Made by a program: the position numbers and the translations under genes
Source: Vezdaea acicularis
Lineage: Eukaryota
Direction of reading: 5' to 3'
DNA length: 64,000 nt
Assembly: GCA_026025075.1 (NCBI GenBank)
Contig: JAPEUI010000022.1
Span: 62,001 to 126,000, forward strand
Notes under the pieces: model-generated
Told to the model about the DNA's origin: nothing
Databases searched by the model: none
The model's input: the letters and a program-made list of their open reading frames with translations, nothing else
Shown here: positions 62,063 to 64,000 of the stretch, piece after piece
Numbering within the stretch: position 1 is the stretch's first letter
Layout of the letters: each line of letters starts with the position of its first letter

Positions 62063-63241
62063 GCAATATTGACTCTCATTTAACATTTTCCAAACACTCA
62101 CAGTCAGCTCTCTGCCAGTGTAAAACATCAGACGCACTACCTTCATTTTTTCACATTCCTCAAACTTGGATAGCTACGACGGTATTCTTTCTCCTAGTCT
62201 TAGGCTTGAGGCTCTCCTTGAGTTAAGCGTAAAGCGTGAAGCGTGTTGCTACTGAAACTTCCCCAATTTCCTTACACGATCTTGTGGCATACGACTTTCA
62301 TGACATTTTATTCTGTTTGATATGCTTTCTTGGTCTCTGTCCTGAATTATTCTATGTATGATGGTGCCCGCCTATTTGGTATAAATTGGAAAGCGGGAGG
62401 TGGACCATGCGAGGTTGTTTATCAGCCTTAGGGTTTTTGTAGGAGAATAGGCAAAGTGATGGAAATAGGTGCGTGTGCGTCAAGAGCGGAGGAGAAAAGG
62501 TACGAGGCGTATCATATCCTATCAAGAAGCAAGCTATCGAGCAATCGATCCTTAGGTTACCAAAAAAAGAAACAATCTCTCCAATCCTTGGCTGTAATTC
62601 GAGTTCTCACGCGTCCATTTCGGGTAAAGAGTTTTCGATATGATGCTATACATACATGCCCGGATATTCCGGGTGCATGTAGAAACTAGGGATAGGCCTA
62701 ATACTTTGAAGTGCATGTCTGCAGAGAATGGACTCGGTGTATTTCGCACGTTTGAACGGCTTGGAATGGCGGAGAACCATTTGGGGAAAAAATATGGAAA
62801 TGGGGGTATTTGGATGCCCACTAAGGGGAAAAGAGGGATGCTGTGTCTGTAACTGATCGTAGGTCTAATCTGGAGCCCTGGGCGGCCAGTATGGGGGACC
62901 AAACTAGCTAAAATGCCATCGTGATGACTGGAACGAAGCTGACTCGGCTTAACATGTGCGTAAGAAGCACCACTTCTGGTATTGTCTGGAGGTATGTATA
63001 CATCTCAACTTTTTACAACATCCGTCATGAGGATGACACCAACATTGACGCCCGCAAGCCCATTTTGCTATAGCCCAACGCCTGCACGCGAGAGAAACCT
63101 CCATCACCACCGCCACGGCTGATGTTTGCCGTGTTGCAAGTGCAAGGCTCTACGCCTCAAGCCAGCACGCCGACCAGGCCCGGAATGCGGCAAGAAATGG
63201 CCGATGCATGAGCACCTCCAGAAAGAATGGCCCATAGAGCC

Positions 63242-63844
63242 TCACCGCCAGTTCAAAAGTCGCCGTATGCCCTCCGCTCCGCCTCGCCAGTGATCGCTGT
63301 TGTAAAAGGCGGCCCCGAACTTGCGGTTCTTGAGCTTCTCCTCCAAGTCTTCTCTTTCTTCGAATGCTTGCGAACGCCAGCCGCGCACCCGATTGGACTT
63401 TGCCAATGCTGTCTCATTGGCGCCTAAGGTACCCTCGTGGTTGTCATACTCAGGGCCACTGGCACCAAAGCGACACTCGCAATTGGACCTGCACCAGGCG
63501 ACGTAATTGGGGAATTTCCTCTCAATGGGCCCTTTGCAGCCAAGACGGCCCTCTTGAGAAGGTATGAATGGACCGACGCACTCACAGCCAACAGAGGGGA
63601 GGTCTGGCCTGTGGTGAAATCGGCAGAACTGGTTCAGGTCGCGATAATCATCTCGTTGTGCGTGTTCGGGACCCAGGCCTTCAGGAGGCCAGAAGTTGGG
63701 GAGGTCTCCGCTGCAGTCTGGCTCGGGAAAGCGTTCCACTGTCAGGAAAGGATCGCTTTGCCCTGCATTGGTGCTGGCGAATACGAAGGTAGAGGTGAAG
63801 GCGATAGCAAGCAGGGTGTAGATGTTGACTGTGAGGACCTGCAT
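63242..63844 (-). CDS. Small secreted cysteine-rich protein (effector-like, orphan)
   Basis: Signal-like MQVLTVNIYTLLAIAFTSTFVFA (upstream in-frame ATG at 63901); 8 Cys: PDC..YRDLNQFC..SVGCEC..LGC..WCRSNCEC. Confidence 0.75.
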   Translation of the reverse strand: MQVLTVNIYTLLAIAFTSTFVFASTNAGQSDPFLTVERFPEPDCSGDLPNFWPPEGLGPEHAQRDDYRDLNQFCRFHHRPDLPSVGCECVGPFIPSQEGRLGCKGPIERKFPNYVAWCRSNCECRFGASGPEYDNHEGTLGANETALAKSNRVRGWRSQAFEEREDLEEKLKNRKFGAAFYNSDHWRGGAEGIRRLLNWR

Positions 63845-64000
63845 TGAGACTGAAGTCGGTGAAGAGTGTTTGGGCGAGGTTCTTACAGTGAGTGCGGGCA
63901 TGCTGTCACTTTAGAAACTAATAAGGCTCAGGGCTGGGGCTCAAGTACTCGGTGGGGCGTCCGTATGGAAATCCCGCAGATACTGTTAGACATAGCTGAG

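Overview
Gene-dense, intron-rich eukaryotic DNA from a filamentous ascomycete (Pezizomycotina-type GT..AG introns of about 50-100 nt with CTRAY branch points). About 22 protein-coding genes were reconstructed by hand-splicing. Conserved housekeeping genes: RAD5 (truncated at the window edge), a ZRG17-like CDF transporter, VAC8, cyp8/PPIL2, EDC3, PIF1, PUB1 and a Med2-like Mediator subunit. Accessory genes: a heme-thiolate peroxidase, a Zn2Cys6 transcription factor, a multi-TM protein, an SDR, a carboxylesterase, an ArAE/FUSC-like transporter, a GPI-anchored protein, a vWA protein, an ADF-H protein and two small secreted Cys-rich proteins. No intact transposon, rRNA or CRISPR array was seen. 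The most unusual element is a non-coding higher-order repeat at about 54463-55044, between two convergent genes. It has four units at 152-166 bp spacing; each is an imperfect inverted repeat holding two CACGTG-type boxes exactly 20 bp apart, and the units are separated by GGATAT(AT)ATCC-type palindromes. Other leads: a shared Cys scaffold in the two orphan secreted proteins, two enzymes apparently missing catalytic residues, an alternative first exon nested in the vWA gene, two stop-free 3n introns in EDC3, complex splice options in PUB1 intron 1, and repeated C-rich-to-G-rich strand-skew switches. All family calls come from motif recognition, not database searches.
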